Source of the DNA: Octopus vulgaris
Taxonomy: Eukaryota
DNA length: 64,000 nucleotides
Assembly: GCA_951406725.2 (NCBI GenBank)
Contig: OX597830.1
Span: 55,924,001-55,988,000, forward strand
Direction: 5' to 3'
Part shown: in pieces, positions 41,501-54,856 of the stretch
Layout: every line of letters starts with the position of its first letter
Position numbering within the stretch: position 1 is the stretch's first letter
The notes under the pieces: generated by a model
The model's database searches: none
Told to the model about the DNA's origin: nothing
The model's input: only the letters and a program-made list of their open reading frames with translations
Program-made: the position numbers and the translations under genes

Positions 41501-44500
41501 TCTAACAACTAAATGAATTGACAAATGATTTCACAAGAAGAATTTTAAGAATGCAAACCTGAAGATAAAACTAATATTAGGGACATTTTCAAGTGAAATG
41601 AGATATAACAAGTAGTAGGAATTAATTTTGTAAAGTTCTTTTGATAAAACAAGGAAAATGTTTGGAAAGTGGGTAAAATAAACATAGGTTTAGAAGAAGA
41701 GTGTTGCAGCTTGCTGGAAGCGGTGTAATGAAGTAAAAATGGTAGAGACAGAGAGCTTCTTACAATACAGAAAAAAGGATACCATTAATAACCTTTATAT
41801 TTCAGACACAATGGCGAAAAGCACCATTAATGTTTGGTGGCATTTCTTCTGGCTTTATGCCAAGGTTAGGAGAAGGAAGTGGATGAGGATAAAGAGGAGG
41901 AATTCCAAACTGCGCTCCCCCATCCACCTAAAAAAAAGAAATGTCAGATGATAAAAATCATCATGTGGTCTGCTACATATAGTAGCCAAATCGCCCTCAA
42001 ATCATACCTATTTCTTTACTACCCACAAGGAGCTAAACACAGAGAGGTCAAACAAGGACAGACAAATGGATTAAGTCGATTATATCAACCCCAGTGTGTA
42101 ACTGGTACTTATTTAATCGACCCTGAAAGGATGAAAGGCAAAGTCGACCTTGGCAGAATTTGAACTCAGAACGTAGCAGCAGACAAAATACCATTAAACA
42201 TTTCGCCCGGCATGCTAACGTTTCTGCCAGCTCACCGCCTTCCCTCAAATCATACCTACCACCTTAAATGAAGCATACAGTTGTGATGGTCATGTTTGGA
42301 ATACTTTTGATCAGATCAGTCAGAGCTGACCAGGGGCTAGACAACAACAACAACAGCAAGTGTTGCTCATTTTGTTTTATTTTGTTTTGTTTTTATCTAT
42401 TTTACAGGTTAATCAATTTAAAATACTTCAGTGCCGAGCACAACCATTTAACTGGACTTCCAGAAGAGCTTTGTCAGTTGCAACAGTTGGAGGTGTTACA
42501 TGTTGGATACAACAGTCTTGTGACATTTCCAGAGAATCTAGGTTCACTCCAAAACCTCAACGAACTTTACATCCATAGGAATCATTTAGAGGAATTGCCA
42601 AAAGTAACTACCAAAATTCTGTCTTATTCATCATTGTCGTCATTATCATCATTTAACGTCTATTTTCCATGTTGGGATAGATTTGGCAGTTTGACAGGAG
42701 CTGGTGAACCACCAGGCTGCAGTATGCTCCAGTGTCAGTGTTGGCATGGTTTCTACAGTTGGATGCCCTTCCACGTTCCAACCATTTGACAGAGTGTACT
42801 GGGTGCTTTTTTCATACCGCCGGTACTAGTGAGGTTGTCAGGTAGCTTGGATGACAAGAAAGAACAAAAAAAAAGGGAAAATCCCTCTCAGTTAAGAAGG
42901 AAGAGTATTTGAGAAGTAGGTAAAGGTGGCTTTATGCCAGGAACAAGAAGAGGTAACTTACTACAGAGAGAACACATGGCTATCCTGTATGATATAAGGG
43001 TGTGCATGAGTAGCTGGGAAGAAGATAAGATGGTTGTGATGGGTTACCATAGCAAACCCTCAAGGAGCAGGAGAGGAAATGGACAGTGGATCAGGAGCAA
43101 GAAGGCCGTAATGAGAGTGTCGGGGGAGCAAAACGGAGGGTTAGAGATGGGGGGTATTCTTTTTTTATCATTCTTTTACTGGTAACACTCACTGGTTCAC
43201 GGTCATGTTGGGGCACCACTTCAAGCAACTTCCAGTCCTTATTTTATCTCCAATGAATTGCTTTATTACCGTCAGCAGAATCAGAGGTAAAATTGATGTG
43301 GGAAGGATTTGAAACCAGATTGTCAAGAAAAGTAACTAAACACTACAAGTTATTTGTTCCAATGCTCTACCAAATTTTGTCATTCTCCTGCTAATTAAAC
43401 ACACAGATTACATTACGTCATTCTTTATGTTATTGCCTATTTCTATAAGAAACTATTCCTGATGTAAAATCAAATACATTGATACTACCATCGTTTTTAG
43501 AAAATTTAGCTATTTAATTAATGACATTGATTATGTTAATTACATTGGTATAAAGCCATCTTCTTCAATACAACTTTGCTGCTCCTTAGTTGTTGTTGTT
43601 GTTGGTGGTGGTGGTGGTGGTGCCGTTTGCCAGCTTTCCTTGTCCCCTGTGCTGGTGGAACGTAAAAAGCACCCACTACACTCAAGGAGTGGTTGGCGTT
43701 AGGAAGGGCATCCAGCTGTAGAAACTCTGCCAGATCAGACTGGAGCCTGATGCAGCCTCCTGGCTTCCCAGACCCCGGTCGAACCGTCCAACCCATGCTA
43801 GCATTGAAAACGGACATTTTTTGTCAGATTGAATTGTAGATTTGTTAGATTGAATTTTTTCAGGAGATTTGTCTCTTTTTATAGTATCTGACGAATCCAC
43901 TAGAGTGGATGCAAGTACTAATATATGATTTATAAAAACATGTGACATATTAATAAAAATCTGTAAATATAAGACCATCCAGATTTCTGAGTACCTTATT
44001 TCTTCTAATATATATAAAGATATATGTATACACACACACACATATACTAAATTATCTGATGCCTACATTTCATTGTTATATATCAAATTATCCTCATTAT
44101 ATTTGCAGAGTATATCTAAATGCATTCAGTTGACCGTTCTTGATGTTGCTTCAAATAATCTGAACATCTTCCCTGTTGAGGTAACAAACTATTTTGTAGT
44201 CTTGATACTTTTTTGATATCCCAGAGCATAACTGAGTACTTAATTAAATTAAGCAGGGGAGAAGTGTGTTTCACTGAAACCAGTTGTTATTTAATGGTTT
44301 GGTGAATTACCAATGAGATCTATTAACTTAAATGTAATAAGCAATCCATGGTCAGGTACCTACAACCATTTCAAGATATCTGACTATGTGCAAGGGAGTG
44401 CTGAAAAGTTTTTGGCTTTGGGTAAAAGAAAATACAGGAGGACCAGTTAATTATGATTTTCCTCAACACATTCCCATCTCAAATTCACATGCTTATTGCA

Positions 44501-47500
44501 GTTGTTCTTCAGTTTTTCTAAGCTCTTTAAGAGAACTCAGAAGTTTGGGCCTCAAACCAGGCCTTTCGTGATACCTTTAAAGTCAGGAACTTTTCAACTC
44601 CCCTTCGTACCTGCAGGAGCAGATCATAAATTCCCCTTTTTAGACTTCTATAAAAACTGAACTAGACAGAAACTCATTGGGAAAAGAAATTAACCTTTAC
44701 TGTCCACAGAAAAATATATCCATTGATACCAACAGTATTCTAAGAACTTTTATAGGGCTTCTGTTAGTCATTATTTACCATTTATATTAACCTTATCTGT
44801 AGACGTATGTGTAGACCCAAGCAAGATGCTTTGAGGAAGACTGGGTGTTATTCATCACCATCATTTCATTTAATGTCCACTTTTTCATGTTTGATGGGTC
44901 GGATGAAGTGTATTGAAGCAGATTTTCTATAGTTAAATGCCATTCATTTAACTACCAAGCCTCACCTGTTTCCAAGCAAGGTAATATTTCTTATTTCTTT
45001 ACTACCCACAAGGGGCTAAACACAGAGGGGACAAACAAGGACAGACAAAGGGATTAAGTCGATTACATCGACCCCAGTGCGTAACTGGTACTTAATTTAT
45101 CGACCCCGAAAGGATGAAAGGCAAAGTCGACCGCTGCAGAATTTGAACTCAGAACGTAATGGCAGACGAAATATGGCTACGCATTTCGCCCGGCGTGCTA
45201 ACGATTCTGCCAGCTCGCCATTTCTCCATGGCCAGATATGTTTTTCATGGAAAACCAGAATTGAACAAGAGGAAGTTTATCCAACTGCTGAAAATCTACC
45301 TCAGTAAATTTTGTCCGACTCAAGCAAGCATTGAAAAGTGGATATTAAAACTATGATAAGGATAACAATGATGATGATTGAAATGAAAGCGGGGGTGATG
45401 ATGATGATGATGATGATGATGATTGAAATGAAAGTGGGGGTGATGATGATGATGATGATGATGATGATTGAAATGAAAGTGGGGGTGATGAATGATGATG
45501 ATGATGATGATTGAAATGAAAGTGGGGGTGATGATGATGATGATGATTTGGCTCTAAATGATCATACAATCCTTTAATCAACAGTATTTCACTCTCATAT
45601 TTTGCAGTTTGACAAGTTACATTTGAAGAGGTTTCACTATGAATGTAATCCACTTCTACAATCAGATTTAAATCCTTCATACCGAGACGAAGACATCTTC
45701 CCACTGAAAGTACGTTCTTTAACCATCTTTATTTCCAATATCAGTATACTGGGTGGTGAGGTTTCAATTCCTGAGTGAAGCTGGTTTGCTTTACCTCATT
45801 TAAATTACTTCTCATGTCTCTTTTTCTTCCGCCTGACTGGCCCTCATGCCGGTGGCACTTTAAAAGCACCCACTACACTCTCGGAGTGGTTGGCGTTAGG
45901 AAGGGCATCCAGCCATAGAAACTTTGCCCAATCAGATTGAAGCCTGGCGCAGCCATCTGGTTCGCCAGTCCTCAGTCAAAACGTCCAACCCCTACTAGCA
46001 TGGAAAGCAGACGTTAAATGATGATGATGATGATGATGATGATGATGTGTAGGTGAGCCATAGAAGGCAATCTCTATATAGTTGCTCAGCCAGTAATAGT
46101 AGCCAGGTCGCTTTCAAGTCACTATCACCTTAAAAAAAGGAAAAAATCACTATACAAGACAATGGACATAAGTTTGCTCAGTTTACTTCCTAACCACATG
46201 GTTTTGCATTCAGTTCCACTGCTTGGTACTTTGGGTAAATGCCATCTACTATAGCCCTTGGCTTACCAAAGCCTTGTTGCAGATTTTCCATAGCTGTATG
46301 TTCTTCCTGTCATCAACCTTCACCTGTTTTCAAACAAGATAATATTTTACCAAGATCAGATATGCTTTCATTGAAGATTGGAAATGAACACCACAACTTG
46401 TATGACAAAGCACACCCCTGAAGTTGAACAAAATCAGAAAGGAATGATAGCTTAGTCCAAGATGTATTATATGTCTGATTGGGTTTTGTTTGTTTTTTGT
46501 TTTTTTATTTGCTTTGGTCTGAACACCAATTGGCTTTTTGTAGGCCATTCAAAAATAAGATTGATGTTATTAACGTTCTTCTTGAACATTTACAATTCAA
46601 CATTTGTGGGAAAGACATGAACAGGAGAAAGTTTCAAAGAGCTGACATTCTTGGATAGAAAGACTATGCATAGTGATTACTTGGTAAGTATGAGGTCTCG
46701 GGGGGACTTGGACATAACAAGGGTTATGAGAGGTGAGAAGTGAGAAGGCAAGTGGGGTAGAAATACCAGTAAGGAAGTGACATGAGCCAAACCAGTTCTG
46801 AGCAGAAGCTATTATTGTAAAGTAGAAAAGGCAGAGACAGAAGACAGAGCACTTGTTGGTCAGAGGCTTAAGTGTGATTGTAAGTGACTTTATACCAGTC
46901 TGTTAAACAGCCTTAAAATATCTGTGTATGTCACAGCAGCCAAACTGTTTCAGATGGGAGAATAATACATCATTATGGGTCTCATCTGCACTTTGATGAA
47001 TGCCAGTGTATCTTTAGAAACGGTCTGATAGATGTCAGTATATCTTTAGAAATGTTAGATAAGTATTAATATGTCTTCAGAAAGGGTCTGTTAAGCACCC
47101 AACATTTCTTCAGAAATAATTTGATAAACGTCAATATATCTTTAGAAATTTTTGGTTAAATACAAGAATATTTTTCTTGCAGGAATTGGTTGTGAGATTT
47201 TTCATGAATGAGATGAAAAGACAGTAAGTATATCTCAAAGACAAAAATAATGTTTTTGATACTGACAGCAAAACACAAAAAAAATTTTAGAGAAGAGAGA
47301 ACTAATTCCAACCAGCATGATAGAACTTTAGGTCATCCACATGCCAACTTTTCTAGTTTGGGTGTAAATTGGTTACAAGATAACATGAAAGTCTCATTTG
47401 TTTACAATTCAGGATACACTATACCAGTGATTCTTGGCCTGGCACACACCAGCACTTATCCCCACTACCAAAATTTTAGTATCTACGTATGTGTGTGTGT

Positions 47501-47867
47501 GTTTATTTATGTATGTGTCAGCCTTTTAGCTAAGATCAAAGCATAGTATATATATATATATATATGTATATATACCATCAGTCATCTGGGGAGAGTCATT
47601 TTCTTTTTGTGCCTTATAATATAACACACTCACCGGTAAAATTTCTACATTTTTCTTATCTTTATTTTCCTAAAATTTTCGTTGCATCTTGCAACCTTAA
47701 AACTATTGAAAAGGTTACAAGATGCAGCGAAAATTTTAGGAAAATAAAAATAAGAAAAACTGGAAATTTTACCGGTGAATGTGTTATATTATAAGGCACA
47801 AAGTTTTGTGAACATTGGTTTGCTGGTTTAGGCACTAAGATTGTAACAGACAGACAGAAATTGCCAT

Positions 47868-47918
<51 letters not shown>

Positions 47919-48592
47919 CACACATACACACATATACATACTTGATGGACATCAGTTTCTGTCAACCAAATCCAATCCATTCACAAGGTCTTGGTTGGCC
48001 GAAGGCTATAGAAGAAGATATTTGCCTAAGGTATCACGCCATGGTACTGAACCCAGAACCATATGGTTGGGAAGCATATTTTTTAACCATACAGCAGCAC
48101 CTGTGCCTATACCTACACTTGTGCCTGTAGTTCCACCTGCACCTATACATATTTTGCATAGTTGACCAATTCAGAAGCACTATAGTCCCAAATAACTTAA
48201 ATATATTGTTTCTTCTCTTGCTAGTTATCCATTGCAGTGGAGCTCAATGAAAGAAAGAAAGGAAGTCCAGCAGATTCTTGAAAAAGGCAACCATTGTGTT
48301 ATATGCAAAGGTTTCCATTTGAATATCCATTTTAAATGTGCTACATTTTTTAATGCAAAGAAGGTACATCTTTATTGGAATTTTCCATCTTAATTTTCAT
48401 AATGTAACTTATTCAGTAAATTAGAAGTCTTGGAATGAAATTCCTTTATTCTTTGACACTGTAATTGCCCAAATCTTGCCTGATGTCCTAGGCTGTTGAG
48501 TCATGTAGCAAAACCGAACTCTTCCAGCTTGATTCACATCTCAGTACTTAACACTAGAACTAAAACTGATAACAATAATAATAATAACAATA

Positions 48593-48635
<43 letters not shown>

Positions 48636-49510
48636 CCTTTCTATTATAGGCACAAGGTCTGAAATTTTGGGGAATAGGGAAAGTCAATCACATTGACCCC
48701 AGTACTTGACTGGTACTTAATTTATCGACCCCCAAAAGGATGAAAGGCAAAGTTGACCTTAGTGGAATTTGATCTCAGAATGTAGCAAAGGGTGAAAAAC
48801 CACTAAGCATTTTGCCCAGCATGCTAACATTTCTGCTAGCTCACTGACTTGGTAATAATAATAATGATGATGATGATGATGATGATGTCAAACCATCCAA
48901 TTCATGCCAGCATGAAAAACAGACATTATATGATGATGATTTCAAATTTTGGCACAAGGGTAAAAGGGTTATTTAATTACAAGTTAATAATAATAATAAT
49001 AAATAATAATAATAATAATAATAATATATCCAGAAAACAGCATGTCAAGGTGAAACCATGTCTTTTAGAGCAGCATTTTTCAGAAAAATTGGAATAAGCT
49101 TTAAGACATGGACATGTTTGTGTATTCTTGTAAAAAGTTACTCATCAAATACACAGAAATTGATGGAATTAATGCCATGCTGAAATATGCACTAGAGTCA
49201 GTGATATTGAATTTAGTAAGCTACCTCTTGGCCAATACTTAACAACTGAAACCAGTCAAAGAATAAAAAGATGTGTTTTTTTTTGTTTGTTTGGGTTTTT
49301 TTTTTTACTAAAACACCATAATGGTTTGTCAGGTTTTATAACTTAAAAATTTATTCATTCCAGGGACTGAAAACACAGACACCTAAAGGACCAATACCAA
49401 TGCTGATTCTGTTATGTTCTGCCCAATGTTTCAAAAACAGGAGCTCATTCTCCATTTCTCCAGACATCGATATCAACCTAGTTTCTGGTGACACAACTAA
49501 TATTCCATAA
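35327..49510 (+). CDS. LRRC69: Leucine-rich repeat-containing protein 69-like, 9 exons, 357 aa
   Basis: Exons join in phase to 1074 nt. Cytoplasmic LRRs are followed by NPLL...PLKELVVRFF...CVIC...C...LCSAQCF, collinear with recalled vertebrate LRRC69. AATAAA at 49691-49696. Confidence 0.85.
36551..36677 (+). CDS. LRRC69: LRRC69-like exon 2
   Basis: LQLLDIAGNEFQILP...NKIKNLPPGIF. Confidence 0.88.
37998..38078. repeat. 31-bp tandem repeat (~2.6 copies)
   Basis: GTTGCTGTCATCATTCATCTAGTATGCTGGT. Confidence 0.9.
38910..39337. mobile_element. MITE with ~30-bp terminal inverted repeats and 7-bp flanking direct repeat
   Basis: GGATCTTTTCAGTTTGACCAGCAGTTTTT ... AAAAACTACCGGTCAAACCGAAAAGATCC; AAATTTG on both sides. 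Confidence 0.85.
39479..39551 (+). CDS. LRRC69: LRRC69-like exon 3
   Basis: GLKSLTVLNLNKNELHRIPAEIG. Confidence 0.88.
39811..40225 (+). mobile_element. tRNA-derived SINE family B (representative; many partial copies)
   Basis: GTGGCTGTGTGGT (A box)...GTTCAGTCCC (B box)...AAAGCCTTGTGAGTGGATTTGG...GACTGAAACAAGTAAAAG. Confidence 0.85.
42408..42603 (+). CDS. LRRC69: LRRC69-like exon 4
   Basis: LINLKYFSAEHNHLTGLPEELC...RNHLEELPK. Confidence 0.9.
44109..44180 (+). CDS. LRRC69: LRRC69-like exon 5
   Basis: SISKCIQLTVLDVASNNLNIFPVE. Confidence 0.88.
44389..44608. mobile_element. Mariner-type MITE
   Basis: Imperfect inverted ends AAGGGAGTGCTGAAAAGTT ... AACTTTTCAACTCCCTTCG, TA at the right flank. 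Confidence 0.55.
45368..45547. repeat. Compound minisatellite [(GAT)n TGAAATGAAAGTGGGGGT] x4
   Basis: Seen directly. Confidence 0.9.
45608..45709 (+). CDS. LRRC69: LRRC69-like exon 6
   Basis: FDKLHLKRFHYECNPLL...EDIFPLK. Confidence 0.85.
46570..46990 (-). mobile_element. Decayed LINE (CR1/Zenon-like) 3' fragment
   Basis: Weak residual similarity to the C-terminal RT region and 3' end. Confidence 0.4.
47183..47223 (+). CDS. LRRC69: LRRC69-like exon 7
   Basis: ELVVRFFMNEMKR; ttgcag acceptor, gtaagt donor. Confidence 0.82.
47606..47802. repeat. Long inverted repeat (~93-bp arms, ~11-nt loop)
   Basis: TTTGTGCCTTATAATATAACACACTCACCGGTAAAATTTC... / ...GAAATTTTACCGGTGAATGTGTTATATTATAAGGCACAAA. 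Confidence 0.92.
48225..48363 (+). CDS. LRRC69: LRRC69-like exon 8
   Basis: ...ILEKGNHCVICKGFHLNIHFKCATFFNAKK. Confidence 0.83.
49364..49510 (+). CDS. LRRC69: LRRC69-like exon 9 (terminal)
   Basis: GPIPMLILLCSAQCFKN...NIP*. Confidence 0.83.
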   Translation, partial: GLKTQTPKGPIPMLILLCSAQCFKNRSSFSISPDIDINLVSGDTTNIP

Positions 49511-50974
49511 ACAGTCTCTTCTTCTGATCTGTCCATCTATCTATCTACCACTTTCTTCTACTTCTCTCTCTCTCTCACTACTCACTTTCTCTAGCTACCT
49601 ATGTGTCCATCTGTATGTTACTAATTCTTTCTTTTTAACACACACACATATAAAAAGAGAAAAAGGGGTTAAAAAATCCAGATAAATATCAATAAATCAC
49701 TCAATTTTAAATGAATTTGGTTAACTATATCAAACAATCAGAAGGCGGCGAGCTGGCAGAAACATTAGCACGCCGGGCGAAATGCTTAGCGGTATTTCGT
49801 CTGTCGTTACGTTCTGAGTTCAAATTTCGCCGAGGTCGACTTTGCCTTTCATCCTCTCGGGGTCGATAAATAAAGTACCAGTTTCGCACTGGGTCGATGT
49901 AATTGACTTAATCCCTTTGTCTGTCCTTGTTTGTCCCCTCTATGGGTATTAAAGAAATAAATATATATATCAAACAATCAGATGCCAATAAATGCAAGCA
50001 GAATATGCATTCAAGGTAATTCCTCCTGTATGACAAGTAGAGCCGAATATCATTAAGAAGAATTTCAAGAAATTCAGTGTATTAGACAACAAAAATTTGG
50101 ATAGAGAAAATCACATCTTTAATTGTTGGATTCACCATACAAAGCCTTATAGTTGTTCCTGTTGTATCAATATATTTAGATGCAGAAAATATCTTTCAAA
50201 TCAATATATCTAAAAATATATGTCAATACCTGTGTCGGTGGCATGTAAAATGCACCATCCGTATGTGGCCGATGCCAGTACTGCCTTGACTGGCTCCGTG
50301 CCGATGGCACGTAAAAAGCATCAACCGATCGTGGCTGTTGCCAGCCTGCCCTGGCACCTGTGTCGGTGGCACGTAAAAAGCACCATCTGTATGTGGCCGA
50401 TGCCAGCACCGCCTTGAATGGCTTCCATGCCGGTGGCACGTAAAAACCACCAACTGATAATGGCCGTTGCCAGCTTCCCCTGGCATGTAAAAAGCACCCA
50501 CTACACTCACGGAGTGGTTGGTGTTAGGAAGGGCATCCCGCTGTAGAAACACTGCCAGATCAGACTGGAGCCTGGTGCAGCCTCCTGGCTTCCCAGACCC
50601 CAGATGAACCATCCAACCCATGCTAGCATGGAAAACGGACGTTAAACGATGATGATACAATATTTTCAAGGTGATCCAAAATTAGTTAAATTCAGAGTGA
50701 ACTAAGAAAATATCTGCTGTACACAAACATACACAAAGAACGCTAAGAAGGAATATAATCTAAGAAAAGTTATTTTTGTATTCAACTATTGGTAACATCA
50801 GTGGATAACAAGAATAAAAAAAATAGACATAAGAATTCTACATTACAACAATTAGAAACATAGAGATTCTATGTCACAACAATTAGTTACCTATCTATTA
50901 AATATATTAAGCATCTTTAGAAAAATTATGCTTACTATATAATATATGAAAAGCAATTATAATTAAGAATTGAA

Positions 50975-51725
50975 CAATTGAAATGCCTTCACAAATTTGT
51001 GACCACATTTCATTGTAAAATTACCATTAAAATTTAATAATATTAATTTAGAAGTAATTATATAATACATTTCTTCAAGGCTAAGATTACATGTAGAATT
51101 GTCAATATTGTACAGTGGAGCATAATTAATAATGGACCATTTAAATCCCAAATGCATTTATTAAAATTTGTAGAATTACCTTTTCTTCTATACTTAAATG
51201 AATAAGAATGATTATGGAATCTAGACTTCGAAATTGTAGTTGATGAACCTGTGTAATAATACTTATGATCCCCTTTTATTACCTTACATTGACACACTAT
51301 ATTTTTCCTTAAACACTGATTTTTCTAAAGGACAATTTTGTTTTTACAATTACACAGGCATTTATTCACTAGCATTTGGTACTCAAGGTTAAAAAAATTC
51401 CTACAAGTCCTTTCAAAATTAGGCAGGATTACTATTATTATTATTATTATTATTATCATTATCAGTATTAAAACTAAGTGTTAACTGTATTATCAGAGAC
51501 GGAATTATTTTTACTTAAAGAATAGAAATCTAGTTCGAGAAAATTATCATTAGAGTTAATTTCACAATTCACACTATTGATTCTACTCTTATTTACAGAT
51601 TTTGAGTTGTGATACTCCCTAATTCTCTATTTGTTATGTACTGCTGTAATCACAGCCCAGTTTCTGGTGGTTGAATATGAAAATTTTATACTATGGCAAT
51701 TAAATAATTTCCCATACTTACTTGG
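50975..51725 (-). mobile_element. Decayed Penelope-like element: GIY-YIG endonuclease and linker
   Basis: KLFNCHSIKFSYSTTRN...HN; CNCKNKNCPL; YYYTGSSTT..KSRFHNH..SFK; KWSII...CNLSLEEMYYI...KCGH. Confidence 0.8.
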
Positions 51726-52497
51726 AGGTGGGAATCATTTACCTAGTGCAGCTATTATGGTGAATGCTGCTTGATTCCTTGATTTATTCTTTCTATTATT
51801 TTCCTCAAAAATTCTTCATTACTGATTTCTATTCTCTCATCATGTCAACTAATACTTCTAAAGATCTGTGACTAGCCAAGGACTCCTTCAGTTTACACAT
51901 GCATTGCATATCTGTCATTCTATCTATCTATCTATCTATCTATCTATCACCACCACCATCATCACCATTGTTTTAAAATTCACTTTTTTCCATGCTTGCA
52001 CGGGTCAGATTTTCTAGTCAGATGCCCTTCTTGTTGCTAACTCTCACCTATTTCCAAGTGAGGTAATATTTCCCAATGGCCCGACATGTTTTCATTGCAA
52101 TGAAACTGCTTTTACAACAGTGTTGCTCATTTACAACCATCATGTGATATCAAAACAAGAACATACAAACAATTCCTCACTACACAGACACAACACATAT
52201 TCGATGGTCTTCTTTTAGTTTCATCTCACAAGGCTTCGGTTGGCCCAGGTCTATAGTAGAAGGTACCCAAGATTTCAGAAATCACGTAACTGGAGAGCGA
52301 ACTTCTTAGCTACAGCCTTCTGTGTGTATGAGAGATTTCTTTCAGTTTTGAATTACCAAATCCACTCACATGACTTTTGTTAGACCATGGCTACGGTAGA
52401 TAGTTGCTCAAGGTGTCATGCAGTGGTACTGAACCCAGAAGTACATGGCTGGAAAGCAAACGTCTTAACCACACAGCCATGCCTACAGACACATATC

Positions 52498-52885
52498 TCT
52501 ATACATATAAAGCTGAAGTTGTCTGTATATGGCAGGTTTGGTAGCCTTCAACTAACACTATCTCCTCCGAGACCCTGCGGCGCAAGTTGACCAAAATTTA
52601 GAGTATGATAGAAGGCTTGCTCTTCCTTCCATAGAAGAAAAAATTCAAATCGGACCATGTTAACATAAAATATTATTCACATCAAAAAGGTGCTTTTTTT
52701 CTATGAAAATCCCTATTTCTTACGCTTTTTTTATTGCTGTATCGCCATTTTTCAGTGTATTTCAACCAGAAAAATGTACACTTAAAGAGAATAACAAGCT
52801 ACATAATGCAAAATTTTTACTTTTCAAAAATTCCAATTCTAAATGGTCGAAACAAACTCAAGCAATGCTGGGCGATACTGTTACT
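52498..52885 (+). mobile_element. Non-autonomous Helitron-like element
   Basis: 5' TCTATACATATAAAG and decayed 3' hairpin/CTAG-like end GCAATGCTGGGCGATACTGTTACT. Confidence 0.55.
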
Positions 52886-54856
52886 ATATATATATACATA
52901 CATGAGAGATAGAATTTTATCTAATGTGATTTTCCTTTGTAAGCTGTCATAGTTAAAATTTGGCAATTATTTCTAGCAGATTGAGTGATCACATAATCTC
53001 CTGTGTTAGCTTCTTGTATAGTAACAGTTGTTAAACCCCAGGCCAATTCTGATCCAGCACTTATGATCAACAGAGTTCCAGCAGTGACCGCCGCATTGTT
53101 AATTTTTCAGACATATCCAGGATTATATTATCCAATGTGTCCCTCCTTCCTTAAATAGAGTAGGATGTGATTTATGGGATATTTGACTGTTATTTCTAGT
53201 CAATTGAGTATCATTATTTGTAGCTATGTTATTTAACTTAGATTCGGCAGACCTATACTCAAAGACATTCTACCCATGACCATCTTGTCTTTTATTTCAG
53301 ATATGGTGTATCTAGGATTATTCTATCTAGCAAATTCTTCCCTTTCGAAAAGTAGGATATTATTTGATAAAGATTTGGTTGCTATTCTTAACAAACACAG
53401 AAGTCACCTCATGGTCAGTTTGACCTTGCATAACCCTTAGGTTAGCCATGATCCAGCAGATCTACGACAACTGATGCTTTGTCTGTAATTATCTTGTCTC
53501 TTTATTCAGACACAATGTATCTAGGACTACATGGTTTAATGTTATATTTTATATTTATGGATAGAAGCTTGCTTCCCAGCCACACATTTCTGGGTCCAGT
53601 CCCACTGCATGGTACCTTGGGCAAGTGTCTTCCACTACAGCCTTGGGCCGACCAAAGACTTACGAGTGAATTTGGTAGGTGGAAACTGAAAGAAGCCTAT
53701 CATGTATATATGTGTAGGTCTTTGTGACTATGTTTGTTCCCCACCACTTGACAATTGGTGTTGGTGTTTACGCCCCTGTAACTTAGCAGTTCGCTAAAAG
53801 ACACTGATAAAATAAGTACTGGGGCCAATTTGTTCAACTAAAATTTTTCTAGGTGATGCCCCAAACATGACCACAGTATAATGATTGAAACAAGTAAAAG
53901 ACAATGAGGTGTGATTTGAATAAAGCCATCCCAAATGCTCTATAGGGTGTAAGGGGTTCAGAGTAAAGGCATCTTTGGCAGGGTGGACATGCATCCACTG
54001 GGTCTCACTCACTCCCTAAATCTCTAATGTGCTGGTTCCAATTGCCACACCACCTCAAATGGTGGGCTGAAGCACAAGGAAGGGGTGGTGGGTGGGTGAC
54101 ACTGCACCACTAAGCAGGCAGAGTGCCTACAGCAAGTCAACAATTAGGTGTTCGTGACTTAAGGTGACCCACACTATACTTCGTAGAGCTCAGCTAGCAG
54201 TCAATAGGGGCAGCTCCACTTCAAGTCTCTTTCCTAAATTCAAGTCATTGATCTTCAGGTCAGTACTCTGTCCTTGAAAAAAAAACCTCAAGCTATGTAA
54301 ACAGTTCAAAGCGCAAGAGCATCACAGCATTCCTTTCCTGCTGGAGATAGGAGAGTGACTGCCAACCAATCCTGCTGGTGTACTTTGCTTCATGTGTCAC
54401 TTGAGGCAGAAGCACTTAAATCTAAGGAGTTCTATATTGGAAAATAAAAGTGATGGTCATGGTCGGAATACCTTCGATCAGGGATAAATGAGTGTCCAGA
54501 TCCAATGGCAAGATAAATTGAGATGATTAACAAATTGTGGTTTGAGTTTGAAAGTTAAGTCATCTATTCAGTAGCAAGGCTTGATTTAGAATTAAATAAG
54601 ACAACAAGGCATGCTAGAAATAACAGTCAAATCTGTATTCTGGACCATTAAACAACATATGCATCTTGAATACTTGACCATTACACACACTTATACAAAA
54701 GAAAAAAAAGAAAAAAGCAAAATATGAAACATTTCAATAAAGTATCTTTATTTTTATAAAATATTTACGGATTTATTTTGAAAATTTTTTTGCATATTTT
54801 ATTAATGTTTGGAAGAGAAATGAATTTGGAATAAAATATAAAAAAACAAAGTTAGA

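Noticed and set aside
53930-54420. GC-richer unexplained segment, possible exon or structured RNA
   Set aside because: No convincing frame, splice sites or fold by eye; probably an old retroelement UTR.
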